The notes under the pieces are model-generated. The model worked only from the letters and a program-made list of their open reading frames with translations, was not told where the DNA came from and did not search any database. Of a DNA stretch of 64,000 nucleotides, positions 1-12,910 are shown one piece after another. The stretch is taken from NCBI GenBank assembly GCA_021613535.1, contig CP075494.1:6944001-7008000 (forward strand), written 5' to 3'. Both the position numbers and the translations under genes were made by a program. Position 1 is the first letter of the stretch; each line of letters begins with the position of its first letter. Source of the stretch: Adineta vaga. Lineage: Eukaryota > Animalia > Rotifera.

Positions 1-79
1 TCATAATCGCCCGATTCAACAAACGGAATATCTTCATCCAAAAAAACAGGATTGTCCATGGAGGTAATTTAGTTCATTA

Positions 80-540
80 TTAGTCAACTTTTTTCGAAGA
101 AGCGACGACGTTAGTAGTGGTTGATGTAGAATTTGGAATTAATTTATCTAATGAATTATGTGAACGTGATCGACCGTGCGATTCAAGATTCGAAGCTAGA
201 AGAAAGAAATATGAATAGTAAAATCAATTAGTTTTTCGTTATTAGATGTTTCGAATCAAACTTTTGAAATCATTATATATAGATGATGTCAAAATGGAAT
301 TCGATTTTAGTTTTTCGAGATGTTAGACTCCACACAATTAGAAAATAGAATTGTGCAGAAACACGATCTCGATCCTACTCAATTATGTTTTTAGACAATT
401 CGATTAAAATAACTTACGTGTTTTAGATAGTTGTTGAGTAATACTATGTCCGTAACGATACCAAGCAAGAAAAATAGCAACAAGAGCAATGAATAACCAA
501 ATAATTAAATAAGAAGTAAGACGAAATTCGAAATCGACCT
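80..540 (-). CDS. Two exons (540-418 and 195-80) encoding a single transmembrane helix plus a short tail; no start codon found (alternative LUC7 3' exons or part of a small membrane-protein gene)
   Basis: The exon reads VDFEFRLTSYLIIWLFIALVAIFLAWYRYGHSITQQLSKT, ends in a GTAAGT donor (417), and splices in frame to a TTCTAG acceptor (196) giving PSNLESHGRSRSH...KKVD-stop. Confidence 0.4.
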
Positions 541-754
541 CTATTTTTGAAGATATTTTGGTTTTTCTGAAATAGATAATAGAATAAATTAAGAATATGT
601 TCTGTGTTCATTCACAGCTGACCAGTTTCTATTTCGAATACAGTAGAAGAAGAAGAAGAAGAAGACAAAAACGAGAGAAAAGACAAACAAATTGACCACA
701 CAAAAGAAACAAAAAACATTATACAGATGATAAGATGAAGTTTCTGCTTGAAAA

Positions 755-2864
755 TCAATCCATCGGTATATCGGCTTGTTCTTTTGTATAATTATTACTT
801 TCTTTCATACTTCGTTGAATGTTTTCAAGAATACGTGTAGTTTCTTCATCATCATCAACATGAGCTTTTGTGGAATCAGTGTGTCGATCTGTATCATGAT
901 TACTACCATTCGATTTTGAATGTTCAATAGGTGATCGTGAATCATGTCGATGACGATGATGTCGACGAGATGAAGAAGTTGGAGTTCGCGATCGAGAACG
1001 ACGATGACGACGTGATGAACCAGAACTAAATTAGAGAAAAACCAAAATATTTTACTCAACATTCTAGAGATTGATTTACCGTGATCGTTTATGGCGACGT
1101 CTATCACGTGAACGTGAACGTGATGATCGATAATTACGTGAATGTTTGGATGAACGATGTCCTGATCTAAAAAATAAATATTCTTATTGATGTTTATACG
1201 TTTTTTTTCGCTTTACCTTGATCGTGAACGTCTTCGATCTTTATCTCGACTGGAAACTTTTTTCGATCGACTACGACTTCGACTACGTTGAGATGATCGA
1301 TAATCTCGATTGTAATAATCGTTTCCATTTCGATCACCACGATCCTTCCTAGATGAGGATGATGCTGATGGTGAACTACAAAAAAATAAAATTAGTAGAA
1401 TAATTCTTTATCATTTCATCTTACCTTCGATGTGATTTTCTTTCCAATTCATATTTTTCATTGTATTCACCGACACGTTTCTGTAAATCAGCTAGTTTCT
1501 CACGTATTTGAATAAAACCCAAATGTAATTTTCCACCGAAATGATCAGCTAAACGACGATCATTATCATGGATACCTAAATAAGCTGAACACACTTCACA
1601 GACACGTAATTTCTGTTGTTGATAGGTTGATGCTGGCATTGTTGCACGAAATTCTTGTTCCGAATCGACTTTTGATTTTCGTAGTTCTTCAACTTCTTCC
1701 AATAATTTCATCGATTCATCAACTAAACCTTGTGCACCTAATTCTTCAGCTCTCGCTAATTTTGTACCAATATGTTCACCTAATTCATGAATTAAATTCA
1801 TCTAAAAACGAAGAAAAAGAAATTTTCTTCTCAAAAATCAACGCAAAAAGATAAAAACTATTTTACTTTTCGTGCTGCTTCTTCACCTAATTCTTCCTGA
1901 GTTTCTCGAAGTTTTCGTTTTGCAGTTTCAGTTTTTCGATCAGCTTCAGCAACAAATTGATTTAATATATCTAACGCCTAAAATTCAAACAAAATCTTGT
2001 TTTTTTACAAAATTAAACAGTCATTTTCTTACATCACGTTCATAATGTAGATTACGCGATGGTGCTGCTCGTTCATAATCAGCACGTAAAGCATATTCAT
2101 GTACTTTTGGACATTCACCTAAATCAACTCTCTAGAAAACGAAAACAAAGAAGATTTTAAATTTCTAAATCATATCAAAACGAACATACCGTTCCCAAAA
2201 GAATTTCATGTGGACAACAACTTAATAAAAATGGTCGACATACACGACGATCTTCGAATGACATACTTGATTTTGTCACACCTAGAATTGTACAATGATC
2301 GTGTGTTTATTTTTATTTTCATAATCTTCAATATACATTAATTAATATTCGCTCATTTAGTATACTTACCCGAGTTTTCATCGGATTCAAATACATACCC
2401 GCTCGTTTTTCACAGTTTAAAGAAAATTTATGTTCTCTTACATACTCACGATATTTAGTTTGGAGCTGCTGACGTAAGTACATCTTATTGATAAATTCAT
2501 CATGATTTTAGCTAAAAAATGTACCTTTTTTTACAGAGAGTATGTTTATGTCTACGAGGGATGAATTGTTCAATCAACAATAGACAAAGAGAAAAACTAA
2601 AAATAAATGACACTCACGAGATTGTCCAATGTAAGGTATGGCAGATAGTAACAATGAATAAAAATGGACTCTCTGTGCCTTAAAAGAAGAGAAATAAGGG
2701 CACTACTAATAAAGAACACAAAATTGAATTTATCCTCATAAATGAATCAAATTCGCTTTTTTTGTTAACTGATTAGAAATATTGTTTAGGATTTATATTA
2801 ACATACCATTATCGGATCCCATCAATTGATCCAACATAGCTCGAATTTGATCGCGAGCAGTCAT
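755..2864 (-). CDS. LUC7L: LUC7-family U1 snRNP-associated splicing factor with C-terminal RS domain (multi-exon)
   Basis: Spliced MTARDQIRAMLDQLMG...VCRPFLLSCCPHE (zinc finger 1); QKLRVCEVCSAYLGIHDNDRRLADHFGGKLHLGF (zinc finger 2); RS/RD-rich tail. Confidence 0.95.
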
Positions 2865-2942
2865 TCTCGCTAATAATTAAATAAGACAAATACTACAATC
2901 TGAAATTTACAAAATAAAATTTAAATGTCATAACATATTATG

Positions 2943-3018
2943 AAGCAGGTGGCGCTTGATCTATCAATATAGAATATGTCTATGTGTGCCGTTCGTACAT
3001 TCTACCTGCTTACTTTTT
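2943..3018 (+). other. Terminal inverted-repeat stem with A-box/B-box-like motifs and a T-run (possible small Pol III-type RNA)
   Basis: AAGCAGGTGG (2943) can pair with CTACCTGCTT (3002-3011); internal TGGCGCTTGA and GTTCGTAC; TTTTT at 3014-3018. Confidence 0.2.
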
Positions 3019-4580
3019 ATTGTTTCAAAACACCATGACTATGTTTCTTTGTTGAAACATATGGTAGAGGTTTGACAAACGACAACTACGTTGAATATTT
3101 CTAATTTAATTAATAGAAATAAATAGAAAATATTTGGAAATTCTTCAAATCTTACACACAAATTCATCTATTTTAATTATTCATGCAGATGTCACTATCT
3201 AACAGATTCATACATATAGTTGACACGTCACAATCCTTTAAATGATGATTATATTTTAATATTTATACATACAGGTAGATAATAGAGAATGAGAAATTAT
3301 AATTTCAAACTATTGTGTAATTATCTCTTTTTCAACGACTAAAAATAGAAGTGGTGCTCAGGTAAAAACATTAAATGAATCTTTTCTAGCAAATATTCAA
3401 TAACGATATAGATCTCTAGTTGTTGTCAGAAAGAAGCACACGATATGAAATCTTTCATTTAATAATAAAATGACAAAAGAAGACTGATAAACACCGTTGG
3501 TCGTACCGTATATTCATAATGTTCCATATATCTTTGTAAAATAGATACGAAGACATAGATATCATTCTCAATTTTTGAGTGTATTGTAGAAATTATGTAA
3601 GATAATTTTTTCTTTTATCAAGCAAATCTGTCTTTGAAAAGATATATATTCGCTGACAAAGCGCATTCACAGAATATACTTTCTATTTAACATAACAAAG
3701 AAGAAATTTCTTTTACTTGTATAATTAAAAACATTTCAATATTTCTCATTATGTATGACGTTTTTTTTTCAAATCAAAACAAACAATACAGTGGTGACAG
3801 ACGAATCATTTTTTATACGCAAATTTATGAAAGAGTGATCATTTACATATCAGTTTCGATATATGACTAATTCCAATTATAAAGAATTGAAGAGAACAAG
3901 AAATATAAATATACATAGGTTCAAGTTAGATAATAGCTTGGATCTTTTCACTTTGTGTCTATAACTATGTATGATCGCAAACCTGATGAGTATCATTCCG
4001 TAGAAACATATGTGTGAAGATCTGATATCTTGATTAAAATCAATGTTAACTTTAGATACAGAAGCTTATAGTTCGTAGGCTTCATCTCATTACAAATATT
4101 ACTGTAAACATATGTTGTCTGTCATGGATCGTTAGTTATTGTAATCAAGAACGAATATATGTATATAATCTTCAATTAATTATAGAACGATAAAAATCAA
4201 AACTCAACGCAAACATTGAATCAACTCTATATCTAAATGAATGCAATAAACTGGACAAACATTTTTTATTGTTTATTAATAGAACACTTAAAGTGATATA
4301 TTATTGTTATTGATTGTTAGTTTCCTTACATCACTATGTAATCAAAGAAGTTTTATTGTAAAAAATTTCGTTAGTTTTGAAGTAAGTAACAAAAAGAGTA
4401 AGAAATCAATAATGTTATAATCAGACAGAAAACTTACTGGAAAATGACAGAATAGAATAAAAAGCAATAATATGTTTTAGTTTTTCGTTGATCCTAGCTA
4501 TGAGAAACGCGTTTGAAATAAGTAGAAAAGAGGAAAAAAAACGAAATTCTAGATTGTTCATCGTTGTGTCGAGAGGCAAT

Positions 4581-5304
4581 TTATTGACTATTGCCAGGGT
4601 TGTATTCTTTTCTTGATGAATTATCTACAATAAAAATATGGTCAATATTTTCGATCAAATCAATTCATATGTGACTATCTTACTTGCTCGAGCGGATTTA
4701 TCGATTGTTGAATGAAATTTATGAACTATAGGACTAATAAGTCGATTAAACAACACATGAGAACCGCCTTTTGGTCCTGGAACCATTAACCAGATAAGAA
4801 ATAGACATTTACCAAGCCAATAGAATGGTAATGTATGAAAGAAATTGTGTCCAACATACTCAATAATACCGCATACAGCATAGACAACCCAATAGATTAA
4901 CCATTCTGTATCATCACGAGTACCTTTGGACTCGACAGCTAATACTCTATATCAATAAAAAAATAATCAATTTATTTTTCGTCATAAATTTCAAATGAAG
5001 CATCTATACTAACGAAGCATAAGCTGGATAAATGAATCCGATAAGATTACAAATAAAATCATTGGCCCAACCAAATGATAAATAAACAGCCAAAAGACCA
5101 AGTAAACCTATAATTATATGAAAAACAACAAAGAAATGATAAATACAATAAATATAGGACAGCAATACCTAAAGCAACGTGTTCACGTTTAACTTTTGCT
5201 TTTTGTTCCAGAAGACCCCAATATGAAGTAAATGGACCTTCGTATAAGTATGGTTTAATTTTGTTTTCAATCTTACGAATATAAGGTTGGATTGCAGCCG
5301 CCAT
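4581..5304 (-). CDS. REEP5: REEP5/DP1/Yop1 (TB2/DP1/HVA22 family) ER-shaping protein
   Basis: Spliced ...ICNLIGFIYPAYAS/VLAVESKGTRDDTEWLIYWVVYA...LPFYWLGKCLFLIWLM motif; 4 exons. Confidence 0.92.
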
Positions 5305-6285
5305 TTCTGAAAACCTTGAAATGAAAGGCCAAAGTGCAGGTTAACCAAAAAAAACAGCAAGGAAGAAAAGAAAATAATATTGGATTCTATTGGCCGAATA
5401 AGTAAACCATTGTAGAAACCTGAAGAAGAAATGCATATTTATCATAACTCGTGATGGAGCTAGAGGGTGGTCTGCTCTCCTTATCGAAAAGAAATATAGC
5501 CACCAAATAGAATATTTTCTAACTTCATTTCATGAATGTATATAGATAATCGATGATATGCCTCAATATACAATGCTTATCAATTTCAAATTATCTGTTG
5601 GCAGGATATGAGTATTCAGTAGGAAAATTGATCCCCAACTAAATAATGTTTTAAAATATTATCTTTAGATGAAAATCGCTTAGGAATTAGAAATTGAGTA
5701 AAAAATGGCAATTCTTTTCTATATTAGAGGATTTTACTTAGTCTTTCAGTATCGAATCATAGAAGAAGATAATGATGAATTATCATCATATAGTGTCCAA
5801 CATCTCTATCATTTCACTACATCAACAAGTAATAAAATATGTATCAAATCACAACGAAAAAATCGCTTCCATGATAAGGATCAAATATGTATATTGTTAT
5901 CATCAGATTATATTTAAAAAAAATAACATTTCAATAATATTTATTACCTTTTGTTAGCATATGTTGACAGCGATCTCTATAGTTAAAAATTTTATCAATG
6001 GTCTTATAATAATAACCAATGCAAACAGAGAAATCTATATATAAGACAGACAAGAGAGGTTTATTTTATTTTATTTTTCGTTTCACATTGAATTTAGAAA
6101 GATTATAGATAATTGATATAAAATCATTCTTTCATCAAAAATATATAGGTAGTGACGCAGATGTTTTTTTCTTAGATGGACTATCTAATCGTTCGAGACA
6201 TAGTATAAAAATAGTTTCTTTTCTCTTGTCTAATTTGAAAATTGATGATAGAAATAAATGCTTTTTTCTCTCATATCTATTTTAG

Positions 6286-6989
6286 ATGGTGAGTGAAAGT
6301 AAAAGTATTGTGAAATTCTTATACATATTATTTCTATTATTCTTAGCTACCATTGACACTTCTTCGAACTGCTGTGTTTCATCCTATGGTAAGGAATTGA
6401 TTGAAATAAATTTTTGTTCTGTATCTATTTATTTTATATGTCAATAGTTGGTTGAACTTAAAAATGGTGAAACATACAATGGAAATTTGGTTAGTTGTGA
6501 CAATTTTATGAATATTCATTTACGTGATGTTATTTGTACGTCTCGAGTAAGTTTCTAGTTTTTCGTTGTTTAACATAGATTTTATGTTCAATATGAAGGA
6601 TGGTGATCGATTTTGGAAAATTCCTGAATGTTATGTACGTGGTAATACAATCAAATATCTTCGATTACCTGAAGATATTCTTGGACTAGTCAAAGAAGAT
6701 ATAAATGAGAAACCATCACGTTCAGGACCACCTTCACGTCGTCCATTCCGTGGTCGTGGTGATGGTGGACGTGGAGGTAAAATCAATTTGACTGACAAAG
6801 TTCAAATAATCATACTAACAAACTAATATGATTTTATTTTTAGGACATACTGGTCGACCTGGAGGATCCGGTGACCATCGTAAAGGAGGTGGTGGTGGTG
6901 GTGGTGGTGGTAATCGTGGTGGACATCAAGGATCACGTGGAGGTGGTCGTGGTGGTCAACAAGGTGGACAATTTCGTCAAGGACGATAA
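6286..6989 (+). CDS. LSM4: U6 snRNA-associated Sm-like protein LSm4
   Basis: [70 protein letters not shown] plus RGG-rich tail. Confidence 0.96.
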
Positions 6990-7718
6990 TATACAGCAAC
7001 AATGATATTGAACAAAGTTTATCACAAGGAAATCAATACTACCTAGTCCAGATGAACAACTTGTGACATTTCTCAACTAATTTCAAACGTTGCTTGTCTA
7101 TTATTTTTTTTTCTAAAATTAAATCATTGTAAAGAGATATAATCACTTTAAACATTTGCTTGTCAATCGATTCAGATACTTGTTTCGACATTATATTACA
7201 AAACAAAATTTTCAAAATAGTTTTCTTTTACTACAAAAAAGATTATCATATCGTCAAATTATATTTTTGAAACTAATATATAAAGAAAAAGTTTATTTAT
7301 GTATTCAATTCAGAATTGTAACATTGATGAAATAGAATATAGAAAATATCCTCAAGAAAACTCAACTCAAACCAATCACGTTCAATAAACAAATAATAAC
7401 GCCATCTTCATTCTCCTATTGGTCCTTTACAACCTTGTTTTTTCTTTATTTTCTACATAATAAAATGATATTCAAATAACACAAGCATTCGGCAATATCA
7501 TACATAAAATAGTCTCATGATGCTATGTATCAGGTGATCTAGATCGTTTGTATGTATAACCATTACTTTATATGCAACGTCATATCAACAAAAGACATTC
7601 TTTCGTTTTGTGTCTATGTATATACGCACACACATGATTTCTATCGTTCTTCATTTGTCCTTCGTATATAATGTGTATTCGTTTTTCTAGATTAACTACT
7701 ATTAGAGATAAAGATATC

Positions 7719-8364
7719 ATGTCTTCGGCACCAAATCCTACCACAACAACGACAACGACAGCTCAGCGTCGTTTGATGCGTGATTTACGTGATTTAACAC
7801 AAAATCCCGTTGATGGTATTAATGCTGCGCCAATTAGTACCGATAATATTTTTCAATGGAATGCAATACTTGATGGACCAGATGATAGTCTATTTGAAGA
7901 TGCAAGTTTTGTTTTAACACTTAAATTTCCACAAGATTATCCAAATCATCCACCTGATGTGAAATTTGTTACAAAAGTTTTTCATCCAAATATATGTGAG
8001 TTTGATGATGCAAATTGATTTATAATTTCGTTCTTTTTTTTCTTCCTATCTAGATATGGATGGATCAATTTGTTTGGATATTTTACAGCAACGTTGGAGT
8101 GCAAGTTTAGATGTTTCTACATTATTAGTTTCTATCCGTTCATTATTAACTGATCCAAATCCTGCTTCACCAGCCAATTCGGAAGCAGCAATGCTTTATC
8201 AAAATCATCGTCGTGATTATGAACGGCGTGTACGTGAATATATCGATCAACAAATCATGGAAGATGAAGATAATGATGAAAAGGATGATGGAAAATCAGC
8301 TACAGATAAAAAGCATAATATAACTATGACAACAACAACATCCCCACAACCTCCTTCTGCCTAG
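7719..8364 (+). CDS. Ubiquitin-conjugating enzyme E2, Rad6/UBE2A-B-like, with acidic tail
   Basis: [28 protein letters not shown] (catalytic Cys), [12 protein letters not shown]; one intron at about 7996-8053. Confidence 0.88.
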
Positions 8365-8607
8365 TGATTAGTCATTTGTTTTCCCTTCTTTGCGCATCAC
8401 AAACTTGATCAACAGTGTATGTGTGTGTATATAGATTGACTATAGATTCTCGCATTTGGATTTCATTTCATTTTGTATATAATATTTCAGCGTAGTTGGT
8501 CCTCTTATATGACGAATATTTTTTCTGTCTCTCACACTTTTTTAATGTCATATTAAAATATATATATATATCTATATATAAATATAAATAAAAAGAAATG
8601 ACCAACG

Positions 8608-11600
8608 TTATGTTTCTATTCGGAGATTTACTGTAGGATAGAATGAGAAAAGATTTTGAATGAGAAGATTTTGAATTTGTTCGATGAGAATTTGAGAAAT
8701 TGTAAGTTGAATTTCAGTTTGAGTATCAGAACGATTAATTTTAATTAAATGTTTATCGATTGTTCTTCCAATGGTAATATTTTGATAATCAAGTCGTTCA
8801 TAAAATAATGAATGTAGACAAATTAAGAGCTTTTCGTAGAAACCAACAGGGAGAAAATTTCCATTTCCATTTAAGATTTTTAAGATTTGAATTGGATCTG
8901 AACTGAGAATTTGAGAATTTGATGTATCAATTTCATTGATCGATGGTAATTCATCGATTTGAATTTGATTTTGTTCATTCATTGATGAATTTTGTTTTGT
9001 TTCTTCAATTAAATTTACATTTGGAATATGTGCTTGTCGAATATCTGTTGCAAACCATAATTGTTGTTGTTTTATTTTTCGTGTTCGTTCACATTTTAGA
9101 TGTTCATAGATTCGATTTTGTTCGAGTAGTTTAAAATATTCATTCGAATCGATATCTTCGGATTTTTCACTCGTTAACCACGGACAAACAAAACTAAGTG
9201 TTGAAAATTCTTGATCTAAAACAAAGAATAAGAGAATAGGATTGAGAATGTTTTAGAAGTTCCTACAATCTAAATTTGATTCATTGACATAGCCAAGATA
9301 TAGACATTCCATTAATCGACAATATTCAATAATAGTTTCATCTTTTAACGTTTCTTCACCAGTATTTTGTTCATTGAATAGAATATGAAGCATTTTCCAT
9401 GTATATTCTCCACGTATTAGCAAACGATCACGATCGATTTGAAATAATTCTTCTGTTGGATAATAACCACCGAAACGAAATATCATATTTTCTTCATAGT
9501 CTAACCATTGATCAAGACGAGGACGAAATATAGTACGAGAAAATATATTATTCAGAAGATAGTAAGGTTTAATTAGGATAATCATTTGAGTACCTTGATT
9601 AAAACAAACAATATCACCCGTCATTTTTAAATAATCAAGACATTCATCAAATGTCATTTGATCGATTTCATTTTCAACTAATTCATTCTTTGCCTCTTCA
9701 TCTTCGTCTTCTTCTTCGTCTGTTTGAATTTGAGAGAATTCTTGAATTTCCGATTCATATTCTGATGATTCAGATAAGGTTCCATTACTTTTCTGAAAAC
9801 GTTTGAAACATGTTTCATAATCAATTGTTAATAGATCTTGTCCAAGAAATCCTAAACGTCGTTTTAAAGCTTGACATTTTTCTTTATGATGAATAATATT
9901 CCACTGTTGAGCAATAATTTCAAATGTTCCAATGACATTTGATATATCATTATTATCTAAATAGATCGGTTCAGGAAATAATTCTGAATATAAAGTTATA
10001 TTCGTTCGTTGATTTTCTTCATCTGTTAAGAACATATTAACTTTCGAATGGATTTCTTCGAGTAATTGTTGTTTTTGATCATTCGATCCTATTTGACAAT
10101 CTTTAAGAAAACCGACAATAGCAATAGCTGCTTGTGAACAATGATCAGATATAGATTCAATATAACGAAATAGATGAATATATAACCATTCATTTGTTAG
10201 TAATGCATCGTAATCAATAATTGGAATATTATTCTCATTTCTAGAAGTATGAAAAAGAAAATATGATAAGAAAGAAATAATGACAATATGTCATACTCAT
10301 CGTTGTTTTCTGCAAGAATTTTTGATTCGATAATATTTAATAGATTCGTTAAATTAACAGGAAGAATGAATAGAGCATTTGGATCGTAGAGTAATGGATT
10401 TAATATTTCCAAACTAGGATCATTTGTCAGATCAAAGATTGTACATGAAAGATTATTTTTTGTCATTAATGTCGATTTATTCAAATAGATTTCGAAGAAA
10501 TCTTTTGATCGATATGTTTGTAGAGGAGGTGGATAGTATCGTTTCGTTTTTTCAGTTCGAGTAAGAAAATTATCACTATTTGTTGATATTCGTTTTTGAA
10601 TTCGTTGTAAAGGAAATACAGTTGATCCATGTTCACTCGAAAGATGTTGACTATTTTCTTCAATCATATCCATTTGTTTATCTTGTAATAATGAGACATA
10701 CATATCCACTGTTTTTCGTGTATTTGAAATCATTTTATGATTATTAATAAGTTTAATTGTAAATGTTGTTTTACCAATACTTTTCGGTCCGAGAAGAATT
10801 AATTTCATATGATAGAAATTATTTGAAAGAAGTTTTTCTTTTGTTTCCATATAATCAAATAATGTTTGAACATTAGTTGTTTTCCATACAAAACTTGGAG
10901 GATCTTGAATCGTATTTCCAGATAGATGAAGACCAATACGTTGAAATCGATCATCGAATGTATGCATTGATTTTAGATTAATCATTTGACGAATTGATAA
11001 TGGAAGTGATGTTAATTGATTACATCGTAAATCAAGTGTTTCGATTTGTTTTAGATAACAAATTTCATCGGAAAGAAATGTTAATTTATTATATGAAAGA
11101 TCCAATGTTGTTAATGATTCACTTTGTGATAAACCATTTTCAATTTTATCAATTTGATTATGACTAATAATGAACTTTTTCAATGTTGAAATATGAGTAA
11201 TACAACTAGGTAAATGAGTAAAATTATTATTTGTTAAGATGAGTATTTCTAATTGTTTAATTTTAAGGAAATGATCTGGTATTTGTTCAAGACGATTATG
11301 TGACATATCAAGAAATTTTAATTGATTCATCGTAGCAATTGCTTCAGGTATTTCAGTAAAGGAATTATGTGCTAAATATAATTGATTAAGATTTAATAAA
11401 GTTTGTTCATTTGGAATAAAATTTAATTTTGTATAATTTAAATCTAATGTTAATAGACCTTCAAGTTCAAAGATTACTTGTGGTATATGTTCGGAACGAA
11501 TTTTTCCTTCATCGATTAATTCTAACATGTAATTATCGAGTAAACGATAGAATGTTTTAAAATTTATATTAAATTGATATAATTGACGACATTCAACTAA

Positions 11601-12579
11601 TGTTTCAGGTAGTGTATCAATTGGATTACCAGTTAAATCAATGGTTTGAAGTTTATCACAGAAACCAATTTCTGGTGGTAGTGTATCAAGATCCATTTGA
11701 GATAAACGAAGATGTCGAATATCTGCTAGATTACCTGAAAAAAAAAGAAAGCAATGTATCATTTCGAAGAAATTGTTCATCAATGCCCGGACAACTTACC
11801 AATATCACCAACGATATATCCAACTTTATTTCGACTTATATCAAGTGTTTCAATACTAATTGTATTCCATACAGCAATAGGAATATGTTTCATGGTACAT
11901 TCTGCCATGATTAATGTATGAAGATTCTTCAAAGAATTAAATTCACGTGGAATACATGAATAATCATCAATACCATTTTTGACACGTAAAGGATTACGTG
12001 AAATATCCAGATATTCAAGATTGACTAATGAACGAATGGCAGGTGGTAAACTTGATATATTATTATTGGATAAAATTAATCGACGAAGTGTTACGACTAC
12101 AAATAAAATTCAAGACTGAACAAAAGAACAAGTAGTTTATACATACGATCAAAGATTTCTGTTGGTATAATTGAAAGACCATTAGAAGTAAGATCTTGTC
12201 TTTCGGAAGTATTTGGTTCAACTATTTCTCGACTATCGGAATCAGCAGTAATACTTTTTTTGCTTTTCAATCCGCCTTTTCGAGTCAAAGATGGTGATTT
12301 CACTTTTGGTGAGGTTGATGTTGGAGTTTTAGCATTGGATCCCGATTTCTTTAATTTTGCTGATGTTGGATTCGTTGTTCGATTTACTTTCGAACTAGCA
12401 GAGCGTTTAATTGATGTTGCTTCTCGACTGTTTTGTTTTGATGTATGTGAAGATGTTTTTGCTCGTTGTGGACGTTCGTTATTAGCACTCATATTTGGTT
12501 GTGTTCGAGATGGTGAACGACTCTTTATTCCTTGTCGGTCACTGGGAGACCAACTTGTTCGACGATTGTTATTAAACAT
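8608..12579 (-). CDS. Roco-family protein (low-complexity N-terminus, LRRs, Roc GTPase-like domain, COR), MFHAS1/MASL1-like architecture
   Basis: Many LxxLxLxxNxL repeats, followed by MKLILLGPKSIGKTT (P-loop) and COR-like motifs CLDYLKMTGDIVCF, FCVPWL and FLPVGFYEKL; no kinase domain. Confidence 0.8.
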
Positions 12580-12910
12580 ATTTTGTTTGTGTTTGAATGA
12601 AAGAAGAAAAGAAAAGAAGAGAAAAAAGAAGAAGAAAGGTGTTGTAAAAGCAAGTAGTCTTTGTTCTTTTAACTATTTACTTACCAACACGCTAGTTGAA
12701 GGCTACAAAATCTCCTTTTTGGAGGTTTTTCTTTTTGCGATTATTGATAATCATTTTTTTCTTCCTTCTCCTATGTGAAAGAAAAAAAAATTGATTTCAA
12801 GATGTAATGTACTGCTTGTAATTTTAAAAATACGTCATCATGTTCGGTTAGCCGTTGTGCATGTTTATATGAATTTGGCGATTTCTATCTATTTGATTGA
12901 TTTTTAGATT

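Noticed and set aside
1-67. Possible C-terminus of a plus-strand gene (HNRPIQQTEYLHPKKQDCPWR-stop)
   Set aside because: Too short at the window edge to support a call.
805-1107. 100-aa minus-strand ORF
   Set aside because: Alternative frame of the LUC7 RS-domain exons, reading through an intron.
3339-3348. Perfect MEF2-like site CTAAAAATAG, and scattered E-boxes/CCAAT boxes elsewhere
   Set aside because: Expected by chance in very AT-rich DNA; no supporting context.
4438-4498. Possible alternative REEP5 terminal exon (CATAG...GTAAGT)
   Set aside because: No convincing downstream exon found; insufficient support.
5400-6000. Short ORFs between REEP5 and LSM4
   Set aside because: No recognisable motif or consistent exon structure; treated as a divergent promoter or intergenic region.
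12260-12778. 172-aa plus-strand ORF
   Set aside because: Antisense shadow of the Ser/Lys/Thr-rich first exon of the Roco gene; non-ATG start.
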